NCBI GenBank assembly: GCA_963933195.1
Contig: CAWVUS010000001.1
Coordinates: 9,079-73,078 of the forward strand
Direction: 5' to 3'
Length of the DNA stretch: 64,000 nucleotides
Source: an uncultured Planctomycetaceae bacterium
GTDB taxonomy: Bacteria > Planctomycetota > Planctomycetia > Planctomycetales > Planctomycetaceae
Numbering within the stretch: position 1 is the stretch's first letter; each line of letters starts with the position of its first letter. This document shows, piece after piece, positions 30,523-40,773 of this stretch. The notes under the pieces are model-generated. The model did no database searches, was not told where the DNA came from, and was given only the letters and a program-made list of their open reading frames with translations. Position numbers and translations under genes: made by a program.

Positions 30523-31572
30523 ATGCTCCAATCACCTCACCAACTCACCCGTCGATCGTTCCTGGCCGCTGCCGCCGTCGCCGGATTGCCGGGCACGTCC
30601 ACACAGGCCGCCGGCATTTCGAAGCGTTACGACAAACTCAGCCGCCGCGGCCTTCTGGGTGAGGTGGTGATCGAGACCAAGGTCAAGGACAAGAAGATCT
30701 TCACCGAGGGACCAGCGGTAGACGCCCGCGGGCTGGTCTACTTCACCAACGTTCCAGCCGAGAAGATCCTGACATGGGACCCGGTTCGAAAAAAACTGTC
30801 CGTGTTTCGCACTCCGAGCAACAAAGCCAACGGCCTGCTGTTTGATCCGGCCGGCCGTTTGCTCGCATGCGAGGGTGGAGCAGGACGCGTCACGCGGACC
30901 GATCTCGGCACCGGCAAGATCACCGTGCTGGCCGACGAGTACGAGAACTTCCCGCTCGCCGCGCCCAATGACCTGGCATTGCTGAAATCCGGCACCCTGT
31001 TTTTCACCTCTCGTCCAGGCACTCCCGACCCAACAAAGGGCAACCCCAACGCCGTCTACCAACTCGACCTGGGAACCAAGCAGCCTGGTGGCCGGATCCT
31101 GCACCGGGTGCTCGAGTGGAAGACCATCCACATGCCCAACGGCATCGTGTCCTCGCCCGACGACAAGGTGCTCTACCTGATCGAAGCCCACCCTGACGCC
31201 GGGCACCATCGCTTGATCTACGCCTACCAACTCGACAGTGACACCTGTTGGACCAAGCCACGGACCCTGATCAACTTCTCGCCAGGGCGTAGCGGTGACG
31301 GCATGTGCATCGATTCGGAGGGAAATCTCTACATCGCCGCGGGACTGCACAAGACCCGCAAGACCAGCGAAACACTCGACACCCGCCCAGGGATTCACGT
31401 CGTCTCACCCGAGGGCAAACTGCTGGACTTCGTTGAGACACCCGTCGACACGATCACCAACTGTGCGTTCGGTGGCAAGGATCTCCGGTCACTCTACGTC
31501 ACTTGCGGCCCCTACCTACTGAGCATCCGTACGCGAATCCCCGGCAAGGCGGCTTATCGCCCCGGGAAATGA
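30523..31572 (+). CDS. SMP-30/gluconolactonase/LRE family protein with Tat-type signal
   Basis: Twin-arginine signal (LTRRSFLAAAAVAGLPG). Six-blade-propeller-like content (EGPAVDARGLVYFTN..., ANGLLFDPAGRLLACE..., PNDLALLKSGTLFFT..., PNGIVSSPDDKVLYL..., DGMCIDSEGNLYIA..., TNCAFGGKDLRSLYVT). Confidence 0.75.
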   Translation: MLQSPHQLTRRSFLAAAAVAGLPGTSTQAAGISKRYDKLSRRGLLGEVVIETKVKDKKIFTEGPAVDARGLVYFTNVPAEKILTWDPVRKKLSVFRTPSNKANGLLFDPAGRLLACEGGAGRVTRTDLGTGKITVLADEYENFPLAAPNDLALLKSGTLFFTSRPGTPDPTKGNPNAVYQLDLGTKQPGGRILHRVLEWKTIHMPNGIVSSPDDKVLYLIEAHPDAGHHRLIYAYQLDSDTCWTKPRTLINFSPGRSGDGMCIDSEGNLYIAAGLHKTRKTSETLDTRPGIHVVSPEGKLLDFVETPVDTITNCAFGGKDLRSLYVTCGPYLLSIRTRIPGKAAYRPGK

Positions 31573-31601
31573 ATTCGCCGTGAACCGACCGAATGGGCCG
31601 A

Positions 31602-32690
31602 TCAATTCGATCGACGATAAAATGGCAGCTTGACCACCTCCGCCGCCACCCGTTTGCCTCGCACATCAACCTCCAGAGCCGTGCCCACTTCGGACACTCC
31701 CGGCTCAACGTAGGCCATCGCGATCGCCATCTCCAGCGTCGGAGAAAACGTCCCACTGGTGACCTCGCCCACGGTCGCCTCGCCGCTGACAACCATGGCC
31801 CCCTCGCGGGCAATTCTCCGTCCATCCAACTTCAGTCCCACCCGTCTCTTCCGGTCGCTCCGGTCCCGTGCCACCACCGCCGCCTCGCGACCGATAAAAT
31901 CGGCCGCGTCCGGCTTCACCGCAAACCCCAGCCCGGCGGTGTAGGGATCGGTGAGTTCATTCAGTTCATGGCCATACAGCGGCATCGCGGCCTCCAGCCG
32001 CAACGTGTCACGGCAGCCCAGACCGCAGGCCACCGTTTCACCGCCCGCCAGAACGCTCTCCCACAGGATCGCACCGGCCTCCGACGGCACGATCAACTCG
32101 AATCCATCCTCGCCCGTGTATCCGGTACGACTGACGCGAGCCGGGTGTCCCAAAACGATTCCCGTTTCACAGCGGTAATAGCCCATCGTGGCCACATCGA
32201 TGTCGGTCACGGCTGCGACCACGTCGACTGCACCGGGCCCCTGCACCGCAACCATCGCCCACTCCACGGTCCGATCCACCACCTCGACATCGAAACCCGC
32301 ACGATGGCTCTCGATCCACTCGACGATCTTCAATCGGTTGGAGGCGTTGACGACCAGCAGGTAATCATCCTGGAACCTGTACACCAGGACATCGTCGAGA
32401 ATGCCACCGTCATCACGGCACACCAGCGCGTAACACACACGGCCCGTCCCCAACGACTCGATGTCATTGGTCACCAGGCTGTCAATCAATCGACAGGCAT
32501 CGGGACCGGAAAACGTCAGGCGGCCCATGTGTGCGATATCGAACAGCCCGATGGAGGTGCGGACCGCCGTGTGCTCCTCGATGATCGAAGTGTACTGCAC
32601 CGGCATTTCCCAACCGGCAAAGTCGACCAGTCGACCGCCATGATCCTGGTGCCAGGCATGAAACGGTGTTTTCAACAACGCTTCTGTCAT
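31602..32690 (-). CDS. gcvT: Glycine cleavage system aminomethyltransferase
   Basis: TPFHAWHQDHGGRLVDFAGWEMPVQYTSIIEEHTAVRTSIGLFDIAHMGRL, RTGYTGEDGFEL, and CGLGCRDTLRLEAAMPLYGHEL. Start at ATG 32690. Confidence 0.92.
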   Translation of the reverse strand: MTEALLKTPFHAWHQDHGGRLVDFAGWEMPVQYTSIIEEHTAVRTSIGLFDIAHMGRLTFSGPDACRLIDSLVTNDIESLGTGRVCYALVCRDDGGILDDVLVYRFQDDYLLVVNASNRLKIVEWIESHRAGFDVEVVDRTVEWAMVAVQGPGAVDVVAAVTDIDVATMGYYRCETGIVLGHPARVSRTGYTGEDGFELIVPSEAGAILWESVLAGGETVACGLGCRDTLRLEAAMPLYGHELNELTDPYTAGLGFAVKPDAADFIGREAAVVARDRSDRKRRVGLKLDGRRIAREGAMVVSGEATVGEVTSGTFSPTLEMAIAMAYVEPGVSEVGTALEVDVRGKRVAAEVVKLPFYRRSN

Positions 32691-32778
32691 AGATTCTCTC
32701 GCTCGTTTCCTGCGGCAATCCAACTCGACCGAGGCCGTTTCGACGCACGTTGAACCTCGGCGCGGCTGATGTCAAGCG

Positions 32779-34875
32779 TCACCGCCGACCGCGCCGCCCT
32801 CGACCACCTCGGCGGCCACCACGTTTCCCGGCACCACGCGGTCGACTGCGGCCACCCGCATCCGAAGTTCGCGACGACCGCTTGCCCGAAGTGCCGCCCT
32901 CTTCCCGACGTCGTATCGTGCCACTGCGAGCGTCCATCGCGAAACGAATGCTGCGATCATCCAGGTCCACGGCAACAATCTTGACCCGTACCGCATCACC
33001 CAGCCGAAAGCTCCGCCCGGTCCGGCGCCCCGTCAGCGTCAGTTCGCCTCGGTCGAAGTCAAAGAAATCATTCGCCGCCAGTTCGCTCACGTGAACCAGA
33101 GACTCCACCGGGATCCCCACTCCCCGGCAAATGACACCGAATTTTTCTACTCCGACCACCACCGCATCGATCATCTCGCCTCGCCGGTTGTCCAGGTAAT
33201 GCAACAACTTCAACTGGATCAGCGCCCGCTCGGCCTGCTCGGCTCGACGCTCGGTCACCGAACACGATCGTCCCAGCCTGGTCGCCTTCGCATCGGTCAA
33301 ACCCTTTGACCGTTTCCCGGTGGCGATCGCCGTGATCATGCGGTGAATCACCAGGTCGGGATACCGGCGAATCGGGCTGGTGAAGTGACAATAATCTTCA
33401 GCAGCCAGTGCGTAGTGTCCATCCTCTCGGCCGGTGTACTCGGCCTGCTTGAAACTTCGCAACAACGCGTAATTGACAGCATGGCTCAGGGGACCACCGG
33501 AAGCCGAATCGATCAGCGCCTGCAGGGCGGGCCTGGACTGGGGCCGATCCAGCCGGAAGCCGAGTCCTGAGACAAAGGTGGCGAATTGTCTGAGCTTTGC
33601 TGGACTGGGGGAGGGATGTACGCGACGCAGGAACACCAGCCCGCGACCTGTGAGTTCCCCGGCGACGGCCATGTTGGCCGCCAGCATGAATTCCTCGATC
33701 ACCTGGTGACTCTCGTCGTGAACCGCCTCCTGGATCGACTCGACCCCTCCCTGGCGATCCAACTCAATCCGCACCTCCGGCAGATGCAATTCCAACGCGC
33801 CGGCGTCGAACCGACGACGCCGTAGCAGGCGACTCAGCCGGTGCATGTCAGCCAACAGGCGTCGCACTGGCACTGCCACTCGACCAGGAAACCCGTCGGG
33901 ATCGGACAACAGTCCACTGACCTCCTCGTAACTGAATCGCCTGTCCACGCGGATGGCCGCCTTGGCGAATTCGACATGACGCACGACTCCCTCGTCGGTG
34001 TACTCGATCATCGCAGAGAGCACATACCGGAGCCGTTTTTGCTGCAGGCTGGCCAATCCGTTTGAGAGCAATTCCGGCAGCATCGGGATCACCTGGCCGG
34101 GCAGATACACGCTGGTCCCCCGTAGCCGGGCTTCACGATCGAGCGCTCCCCCGGCACGCACAAAATGAGACACGTCGGCGATGTGAACCCCCAGCCGCCA
34201 GCCACCGTCCTCAAGAGCCTCCAGTGAGATCGCGTCGTCAAAATCACGAGCATCGGCGGGATCAATCGTGACAACCGTCAAGTCCGTGAAGTCCTGTCGA
34301 TCACCGATCACCTCATCGTCGAATGCCGCCGCGACATCACGGACCTCCTGCAGTACCTCCTCGGGAAACTCGCCCGGCAACCCGTACTCGTGGATCACCG
34401 TCTGTTGATCCACCCCCGGAAGGTCCCGAGCACCGAGCACCTCGACGACCACCCCCTCGCCCGCCCGATTCTGGTCGGGAAAATGCAGGATCTCGAGTAC
34501 GACCTGGTCACCTGGCCGAGCCCCCCGGGCCGCGGGGTCACCCACCTCGATCGGGCCCTCGAACAGGCCCCGGTCGACCCGCACCAGGCCACGGCCGTCA
34601 CGTTCGAAATAGCGACCCACAAACCGGGTTTTCACTCTCTCGAGAACCGCGACCACCTCGCCGCAACGACTTCCACCACCGCGCCGACCTCCGGTCATGC
34701 GGACGCGAACGGTGTCACCGTCGAAAGCCCCGTGCATGTCCGAGGCCTTGATGAACAACTCCGCCGGTGGCACCGCGTCGTCACGCGACGGCAATCGAAA
34801 GAAGCCAGCCCCCCGAGCGGTCCGTTGCACGGGCCCCTCGAATACCGTCGATCCGCGTGAATCGCGTCGTCCCAC
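32779..34875 (-). CDS. rnr: Ribonuclease R
   Basis: N-terminal OB/cold-shock-like region, RNB catalytic domain (VVTIDPADARDFDDAISLE, TSVYLPGQVIPMLPE, YCHFTSPIRRYPDLVIHR), S1 domain (GVICRGVGIPVESLVHVSEL) and an R/G-rich basic tail. Confidence 0.92.
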   Translation of the reverse strand: MGRRDSRGSTVFEGPVQRTARGAGFFRLPSRDDAVPPAELFIKASDMHGAFDGDTVRVRMTGGRRGGGSRCGEVVAVLERVKTRFVGRYFERDGRGLVRVDRGLFEGPIEVGDPAARGARPGDQVVLEILHFPDQNRAGEGVVVEVLGARDLPGVDQQTVIHEYGLPGEFPEEVLQEVRDVAAAFDDEVIGDRQDFTDLTVVTIDPADARDFDDAISLEALEDGGWRLGVHIADVSHFVRAGGALDREARLRGTSVYLPGQVIPMLPELLSNGLASLQQKRLRYVLSAMIEYTDEGVVRHVEFAKAAIRVDRRFSYEEVSGLLSDPDGFPGRVAVPVRRLLADMHRLSRLLRRRRFDAGALELHLPEVRIELDRQGGVESIQEAVHDESHQVIEEFMLAANMAVAGELTGRGLVFLRRVHPSPSPAKLRQFATFVSGLGFRLDRPQSRPALQALIDSASGGPLSHAVNYALLRSFKQAEYTGREDGHYALAAEDYCHFTSPIRRYPDLVIHRMITAIATGKRSKGLTDAKATRLGRSCSVTERRAEQAERALIQLKLLHYLDNRRGEMIDAVVVGVEKFGVICRGVGIPVESLVHVSELAANDFFDFDRGELTLTGRRTGRSFRLGDAVRVKIVAVDLDDRSIRFAMDARSGTIRRREEGGTSGKRSSRTSDAGGRSRPRGAGKRGGRRGGRGRRGRR

Positions 34876-34881
34876 CGCCGG

Positions 34882-35892
34882 CTAAACCCCGCTATTCATG
34901 GAAGAGCTGGACGGGTCACCCGAATCCCGTCCCTTGTAGAACTTTCGACCCAGTCGCGGAACATAACTGGTCCAGACCGACTGCCGATTGGGGTCACTGT
35001 TGATCACGTCCATCGTCTCGTTCAACCGGGCGTCGAGATTGTCCAGGTGGTGTAACGCGATCGCCTCGGGCGTCATCGGCACCCGTGGGCTGCCTGTTTC
35101 GAGCGAACCGTGATGGCTGACGACCAGGTGTTTGAGTTGCAGCAGCAGGTCCCTATCGAATTCTCGGCCTGTTCGCTCGACACACTCGACGACCTTCACC
35201 TCCAGGTCCTCAAGTATCAGCACGATGTGACCCAACAACTGGCCCTCATCGGTGTAGGCGAGTGTGCCATCGACTGAAATCTCACGGACCTTACCGAGAT
35301 CATGCAGGAACACGCCGGCCAGCAACAGGTCACGATTCAAGAACGGATACAGTGCTGCGATGCGGTCACCCGCCTCCAGTAGCGTGGCGACGTGCTCGAG
35401 CAGCCCTCCGCGAAAAGCGTGATGAATCTTGATTCCTGCCACGCCCTTGGCAAAGGCCGACACGAGTTGTTCGTCATCCAGAAAACACGACATCAATTCG
35501 CGGAGATCGTCATTCTGCAAATCCCGTAACAACTCGTTGACCCGAACCAGCTGTCGTTCCGCCGCCTCGGTGCGATCCTCCTCGAAATCCTCGGTCTGCA
35601 CCGTCTTCGCATCGACCAGATCAATCCGGGTCAAGATCGTCTGCAACGCCCCCTGGTACAGCTGCACCTTGCCTTCGATCCGAACGAAATCACCCGTATC
35701 GAATCCCGCAGCCATCTCCTCGGTGATATTCCACATCAACCCGTGAACCACCCCGGTGCGATCCCTCAGGTGAACCAGCAGGTAGAGATCACCGTTGCGG
35801 TTGGCCCGGAGTTGCTTCTCGGCCAGCAAATAGATCTCGTCGATCGATTGGCCATTGCGGAGATGTTCGACGTATTGACGGGGCATGGGCAT
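34882..35892 (-). CDS. OB-fold + HD-domain 3'-5' exoribonuclease, YhaM-like
   Basis: N-terminal OB fold ([19 protein letters not shown]...[18 protein letters not shown]) and an HD domain ([12 protein letters not shown]...VFLHDLGK...VVSHHG). The stop lies 6 nt upstream of the rnr start. Confidence 0.7.
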   Translation of the reverse strand: MPMPRQYVEHLRNGQSIDEIYLLAEKQLRANRNGDLYLLVHLRDRTGVVHGLMWNITEEMAAGFDTGDFVRIEGKVQLYQGALQTILTRIDLVDAKTVQTEDFEEDRTEAAERQLVRVNELLRDLQNDDLRELMSCFLDDEQLVSAFAKGVAGIKIHHAFRGGLLEHVATLLEAGDRIAALYPFLNRDLLLAGVFLHDLGKVREISVDGTLAYTDEGQLLGHIVLILEDLEVKVVECVERTGREFDRDLLLQLKHLVVSHHGSLETGSPRVPMTPEAIALHHLDNLDARLNETMDVINSDPNRQSVWTSYVPRLGRKFYKGRDSGDPSSSSMNSGV

Positions 35893-36099
35893 TGGCGGAA
35901 AAGAGGATTCGACAGCCCACCGGGGACCGCCGCCGATTCTAGGCCGCGACCTGATCCAACGACAGGCCAGCCCACTTCAGAGTTTCGTCCGTGTCCCGCC
36001 TCTGGACTCTCTGCTAGAATCCCGACTTCGAACGGCCGATCGACTGCTCGAAGGATTGCCCAAACCAGTACAGCCCCCTTGGGGTCCGGGAGATCAAGC

Positions 36100-37848
36100 G
36101 TGCGCTGGAGCCAGACACTGATTCCGACGATGAAGGAAGTCCCTTCCGATGCCGAGATTCCCAGTCACCAGCTGATGTTGCGAGCCGGATTGATCCGCCA
36201 GGTCATGGCTGGCGCTTACACCTACCTGCCCCTGGGTTGGCGAGCGGTCCGGAAGGTTGAGGCCATCGTCCGCGAGGAGATGGAGAAAGCCGGTGCTATC
36301 GAACTGTTCATGCCAGCATTGTGTCCGGCGGAACTGTGGGAACAAACCGGCCGGATCGATGACTATGGCAACGCCCTGGTCAAGTTCCCGATGATCCGCG
36401 GCGACCGCGAAATCCGCGTCGTGCTCGGGCCAACCCACGAGGAAGTGGTCACCGACTTGATGGCCAAGCAGATCAAGAGCTACCGGCAACTGCCCATCAC
36501 CGTCTTCCAGATCCAGACCAAGTTTCGCAATGAAGAACGGCCTCGCTTCGGGGTCATGCGGACCAGTGAATTCCAGATGAAAGACGCCTACAGCTTCGGC
36601 ACCAACCTGGAACAGCTCAACGACGCCTACGACCAGATGTACCACGCCTACCGACGGATCTTCTCCCGCTGTGGCCTGGATTACCGGCCCGTCGAAGCCG
36701 AGAGCGGTCCGATCGGCGGCGACGCATCCCACGAGTTCATGGTGCCCGCCGACAGCGGCGAAGATGAAATCGTACATTGCAACAGCTGCGACTACGCCGC
36801 CAACACCGAGCGAGCCGAAACAGGACGACCGGCTCCAACAGTGACCATCGCTGAACAGATGGCTCCACTGGCCACCGTCGAAACCCCCGATGCCGGGAGT
36901 ATCGAACAGGTCAGCCGGATGCTCGGATGTGAACCGTCCCAGATGATCAAAACGCTCATCTACTCGATCGACGACAACCCCGTTGCGGTGCTGGTTCGTG
37001 GTGATCACGAAGCCAACGAAGCAAAGATCCGTCGCGCCGTCGATGGACAATCGATCGAACTGGCAGACCCGGAAACGATCCGGAACGTGACAGGCGCCCC
37101 GGTCGGCTTCGCCGGTCCCGTCGGACTCGACTGCCCCCTGCTGGCCGATCACGACGTGGTCGAGATCATCGATGCGGTGACGGGAGCCAACCAGGCTGAC
37201 GCGCACCTGAGCGGAGTCAACATTGGCCGAGACTACTCGCTGGAGAATTCTCACGATCTCAGGATGGCCACCGCAGACGACCCGTGTCCGCGCTGCGACG
37301 GATCTCTGGAACTCGCACGCGGTATCGAGGTCGGGCACGTCTTCAAGCTCGGCACCAAGTACTCCACGGCACTCTCGGCCGAGTATCTCGATGAAAACGA
37401 AGACAAGCACCCAATGCTGATGGGATGTTACGGGATCGGCATCAATCGCATCGTGGCCGCCACGGCGGAAACGTCCTACGACGACAATGGGCTCATCTGG
37501 CCCCTTTCGATCGCCCCCTACCAGGTGCTCGTCATTCCTCTGAATATCGGAGACGAGGAAGTCATGGCCACTGCCGAATCGATCTATGAACAACTCGGCT
37601 CCAACGGCGTGGATGTCCTGATGGACGACCGCAAGGCACGCCCCGGGTTCAAATTCAAGGACGCGGACCTGGTCGGAATACCACTGAGGATCATCGTGGG
37701 CGGCAAGGGCCTGGCCGATGGCGTCGTCGAACTCAAATGGCGGACCGACGACGACGCTCGACGTGTTCCTCTCGACCAAATCGTCACCACCGTGGGAGAG
37801 GACATTGCCGCCAGAACCGCGGCTGAAGCCGATTCCGTGCCGGCATAA
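36100..37848 (+). CDS. proS: Proline--tRNA ligase (bacterial type with editing domain)
   Basis: The GTG at 36100 gives [35 protein letters not shown], the canonical ProS N-terminus. Class II motifs are present ([42 protein letters not shown]). The track start 35743 is an over-extension. Confidence 0.92.
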   Translation: MRWSQTLIPTMKEVPSDAEIPSHQLMLRAGLIRQVMAGAYTYLPLGWRAVRKVEAIVREEMEKAGAIELFMPALCPAELWEQTGRIDDYGNALVKFPMIRGDREIRVVLGPTHEEVVTDLMAKQIKSYRQLPITVFQIQTKFRNEERPRFGVMRTSEFQMKDAYSFGTNLEQLNDAYDQMYHAYRRIFSRCGLDYRPVEAESGPIGGDASHEFMVPADSGEDEIVHCNSCDYAANTERAETGRPAPTVTIAEQMAPLATVETPDAGSIEQVSRMLGCEPSQMIKTLIYSIDDNPVAVLVRGDHEANEAKIRRAVDGQSIELADPETIRNVTGAPVGFAGPVGLDCPLLADHDVVEIIDAVTGANQADAHLSGVNIGRDYSLENSHDLRMATADDPCPRCDGSLELARGIEVGHVFKLGTKYSTALSAEYLDENEDKHPMLMGCYGIGINRIVAATAETSYDDNGLIWPLSIAPYQVLVIPLNIGDEEVMATAESIYEQLGSNGVDVLMDDRKARPGFKFKDADLVGIPLRIIVGGKGLADGVVELKWRTDDDARRVPLDQIVTTVGEDIAARTAAEADSVPA

Positions 37849-37990
37849 CCATCCCGGCCCTCTCATTCAACACAACCAGTTGCTATTGCTCAACTTGCGC
37901 TGTCCGCTAATTTGCTCCGCCACGACACGGGCCTAGACTTCACGAGATCGCGACCGCGACCTTGAGCCGGACTAGACCAAGAGCCCCCCG

Positions 37991-39715
37991 ATGTCGTCCC
38001 AGATGACCAGCGCTGATGTCGTCGCACCGGCAGTCTCCACCTCCGGGTTGACTGTCGACAGTGACCGCCTGGATACCTGTCTCGAACAACTCGTCACTGG
38101 ATCCGAGCGTCTGGCGATGACTCCGGTCTCGGAACGCCTCCGTCTGGTCGACCGCATCCGCCAAAATGTGCTGCCGATCTCTCACGACTGGGTCAACACC
38201 TCGGCCCTGATCAAGCAATCCAATGCAACACCACACCTCCGCAGCGAAGAAATCCTGTCGGGGCCGGTGGTAACCGCCAGGTACCTGAGACTATTACGGC
38301 GAACACTTGCGGAGATTGGACAATTCGGACGTCCACGTCTGCCGGGTCGTCCCCGTCATGGAGCCGATGGACGTTTGTTGGTGCCCGTGGCGCCGGTCAG
38401 CGGTCTATTTGATCACGTGGCCTTCATGGGCTTCCGCGCACACGCCCGCATGCAACACGGGATCACTTCTGCCACACTCCCCGACCACACCGCTCGTTGC
38501 TACCAGCAATCGACCAACAATGTGCCTCCACGTGTGAGGCTCGTATTGGGAGCCGGCAACATCACCAGCGTGCCGGTGCTCGATGCCTGTGACCACATTT
38601 TCGCTCACGGCGAATCCGTGCTGCTCAAACTGCATCCCCTGCACGAACCCCTGCAACCTCTCTTCGAAAAGCTGCTCGGGCCACTGATCGAATTCGGATG
38701 CCTGCGAATCATCACCGGTGATGCCGAGACGGGCCGCCGGGCAATCGTGCACCCCACAGTCGATGCGATCCACATCACCGGTGGCGTCGACACGCACGAC
38801 AAGATCGTATGGGGTCCAACGGGTGTCGAGCAGAACCAACGACGACGCCTGAATCAACCACTCCTCGAAAAGCCGATCTCAGCCGAACTGGGAAACGTCA
38901 GTCCCTGGATCATCCTGCCTGGACACTATTCCCGGAGACAGCTCGATTACCAGGCCGAGAACATCGCATCCTCGGTCATCAACAACGCGGGCTGCAACTG
39001 CGTGGCCACCCGGGTCCTGGTGACCTGGCGAGAATGGAGTGAACGAGAAGAGTTTGTGGAGCGGGTGTCGACAATCCTCGAGACGGCTGCACCGCGCGCC
39101 CCCTGGTACCCCGGGGCTCGCCAGCGATATCACGACTTCACCGGCTTGCCTGCCAACGACCCACAGCTGACAGCTCGGCTCGTCCGAAACGTCGACCCAC
39201 GATCCAATTCTCTCTTCTTCGATCGTGAACCATTCACCTGTGTCGTGGCTGAGGTGGGACTGACGGCAGCAACCGCCGAGGAATTCAATCGTCGGGCGGT
39301 CGATTTCTGCAACAACACTCTCTGGGGCACACTCAGCGCCAGCCTGACCGTTCCGGCAAGTCAGCAGAAAGGCCGAGAGGCCCGCAAACGGCTGGACCAA
39401 CTTGTTGCCTCGCTTCGTTATGGCATGGTTGGAATCAACCAGTGGGCCGGACTCAACTACGTCCTGGCCAGTCCCCCGTGGGGCGGGCATCCCGACAGCA
39501 CTCTCCGGGACGTCCAGAGCGGAAACGCACGAGTCCACAACACGTTTCTGCTCGATGGTGTCGACCAGGTGGTGCTGAGTGGTCCACTGACGTCGTTCCC
39601 GCGACCGGCATGGTTCCCCAGCCACTCCAATCCCGAACCACTCGCCTGGGCTCTGCTGAACCTCTACGACCAACCCGGCTGGAAAACACTCTGGAAGCTG
39701 ATTCGCAGCACATAG
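37991..39715 (+). CDS. Aldehyde dehydrogenase superfamily protein (long, 574 aa)
   Basis: ALDH-like catalytic contexts: AELGNVSP (general-base Glu region) and NNAGCNCVATRVL (nucleophile Cys region). GAGNITSVP is a cofactor-binding-like segment. Confidence 0.65.
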   Translation: MSSQMTSADVVAPAVSTSGLTVDSDRLDTCLEQLVTGSERLAMTPVSERLRLVDRIRQNVLPISHDWVNTSALIKQSNATPHLRSEEILSGPVVTARYLRLLRRTLAEIGQFGRPRLPGRPRHGADGRLLVPVAPVSGLFDHVAFMGFRAHARMQHGITSATLPDHTARCYQQSTNNVPPRVRLVLGAGNITSVPVLDACDHIFAHGESVLLKLHPLHEPLQPLFEKLLGPLIEFGCLRIITGDAETGRRAIVHPTVDAIHITGGVDTHDKIVWGPTGVEQNQRRRLNQPLLEKPISAELGNVSPWIILPGHYSRRQLDYQAENIASSVINNAGCNCVATRVLVTWREWSEREEFVERVSTILETAAPRAPWYPGARQRYHDFTGLPANDPQLTARLVRNVDPRSNSLFFDREPFTCVVAEVGLTAATAEEFNRRAVDFCNNTLWGTLSASLTVPASQQKGREARKRLDQLVASLRYGMVGINQWAGLNYVLASPPWGGHPDSTLRDVQSGNARVHNTFLLDGVDQVVLSGPLTSFPRPAWFPSHSNPEPLAWALLNLYDQPGWKTLWKLIRST

Positions 39716-39760
39716 ACCTCCTGCAACAACCAGGATCTCCTGATCCTGAAGGACGACACC

Positions 39761-40684
39761 ATGAGACACTCCATGACTCGACTGGATGGCCGCTGGGTAC
39801 TGATCACCGGAGCTGGCCATGGGCTGGGACGAGCGATGGCCGTTGCATTTGCCGATGTCGGATCACGGATCATTGTCACCGACCAGGACCCCGACCGTGT
39901 CGAATCAACAACACGCTGGCTGAGCCGTCGTGGCAATCCGGCGGTGGGTATCGAGATGGACGTGACCTGCTCGGAGAGCATCTCGCGGGCCCGCCAGGAG
40001 GTGATGTCGCAAATTGGCAGTATCGACGTGCTTGTCAACAACGCCGGAACCGTCCGTGGCGGCCTGTTCACCAATGTTTCACTCGAAGAACACCTCACCA
40101 CCCTCGATGTCAACACGCAAGGTCCCATCCGGGTCACACACGCGTTCCTGCCCGACCTCCTCGCATCGCCCGTCGCACACCTGGTCAACATCATCAGTGC
40201 CGCCGCCCTGATCGGCCTACCCGGTGCATCAACCTACGCCGCCAGCAAATGGGCGTTACTGGGCTTCAGCGAGTCTCTTCGCGAAGAACTGCGGCAGAAT
40301 GGACACCGGCACGCCGGCATCACGGCAGTCTGTCCGAGCTACATCTCGACGGGCCTGTTCTCCGGTGTTCGGCCACCTCGATTGACCCGGATACTGACAC
40401 CCGCGGCAGTCGCGCGGCAGGTGGTCCGCGCCGTCCTCACCCGGAAATCTCATCTGATGCTACCTCGGACGGTTGGACTCATCCCCCTTTCTCGATCTCT
40501 GCTGCCAACACGTTGGTCACAGCGACTGGGAGACTGGACAGGGATTCACGCCAGCATGGCGGACTGGCGAGGCCATGACGCCGCGTCACCCGGGCTTGCC
40601 GAAGGTCCGTCGGACCTGGCCGCCCCATACGACGACAAGGGCCAGGCCGACGTGGGCGAAACCGCGACGGCACTCGGGTCTTGA
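39761..40684 (+). CDS. SDR family oxidoreductase
   Basis: [10 protein letters not shown] cofactor motif, NNAG, and the catalytic [10 protein letters not shown] (YxxxK). Confidence 0.85.
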   Translation: MRHSMTRLDGRWVLITGAGHGLGRAMAVAFADVGSRIIVTDQDPDRVESTTRWLSRRGNPAVGIEMDVTCSESISRARQEVMSQIGSIDVLVNNAGTVRGGLFTNVSLEEHLTTLDVNTQGPIRVTHAFLPDLLASPVAHLVNIISAAALIGLPGASTYAASKWALLGFSESLREELRQNGHRHAGITAVCPSYISTGLFSGVRPPRLTRILTPAAVARQVVRAVLTRKSHLMLPRTVGLIPLSRSLLPTRWSQRLGDWTGIHASMADWRGHDAASPGLAEGPSDLAAPYDDKGQADVGETATALGS

Positions 40685-40773
40685 AGTTCCACGACGGAGT
40701 GCTGAAGATAACCCGGTTGGTTCGTCCTCAAATCCGGGGCGAATTCCGGCTTGTTCTCACCACTCCGGGGCAC

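Noticed and set aside
36094-37866. 590-aa antisense ORF covering essentially the whole proS gene. Similar whole-gene antisense ORFs are listed at 60036-61727 (mnmG), 31593-32753 (gcvT), 821-2275 (cupin), 20901-22031 (dxs), 40546-41649 and 41761-42993 (sulfatase region), and 13988-15121 (proA).
   Set aside because: In the two I checked (proS, mnmG) the antisense frame is exactly codon-in-phase with the sense gene. Antisense stops can therefore only arise from the sense codons TTA, CTA and TCA, which are rare in this high-GC genome. The translated products are Arg/Gly/Pro-rich low-complexity sequences with no motifs. This is an expected compositional artefact, not overlapping genes.
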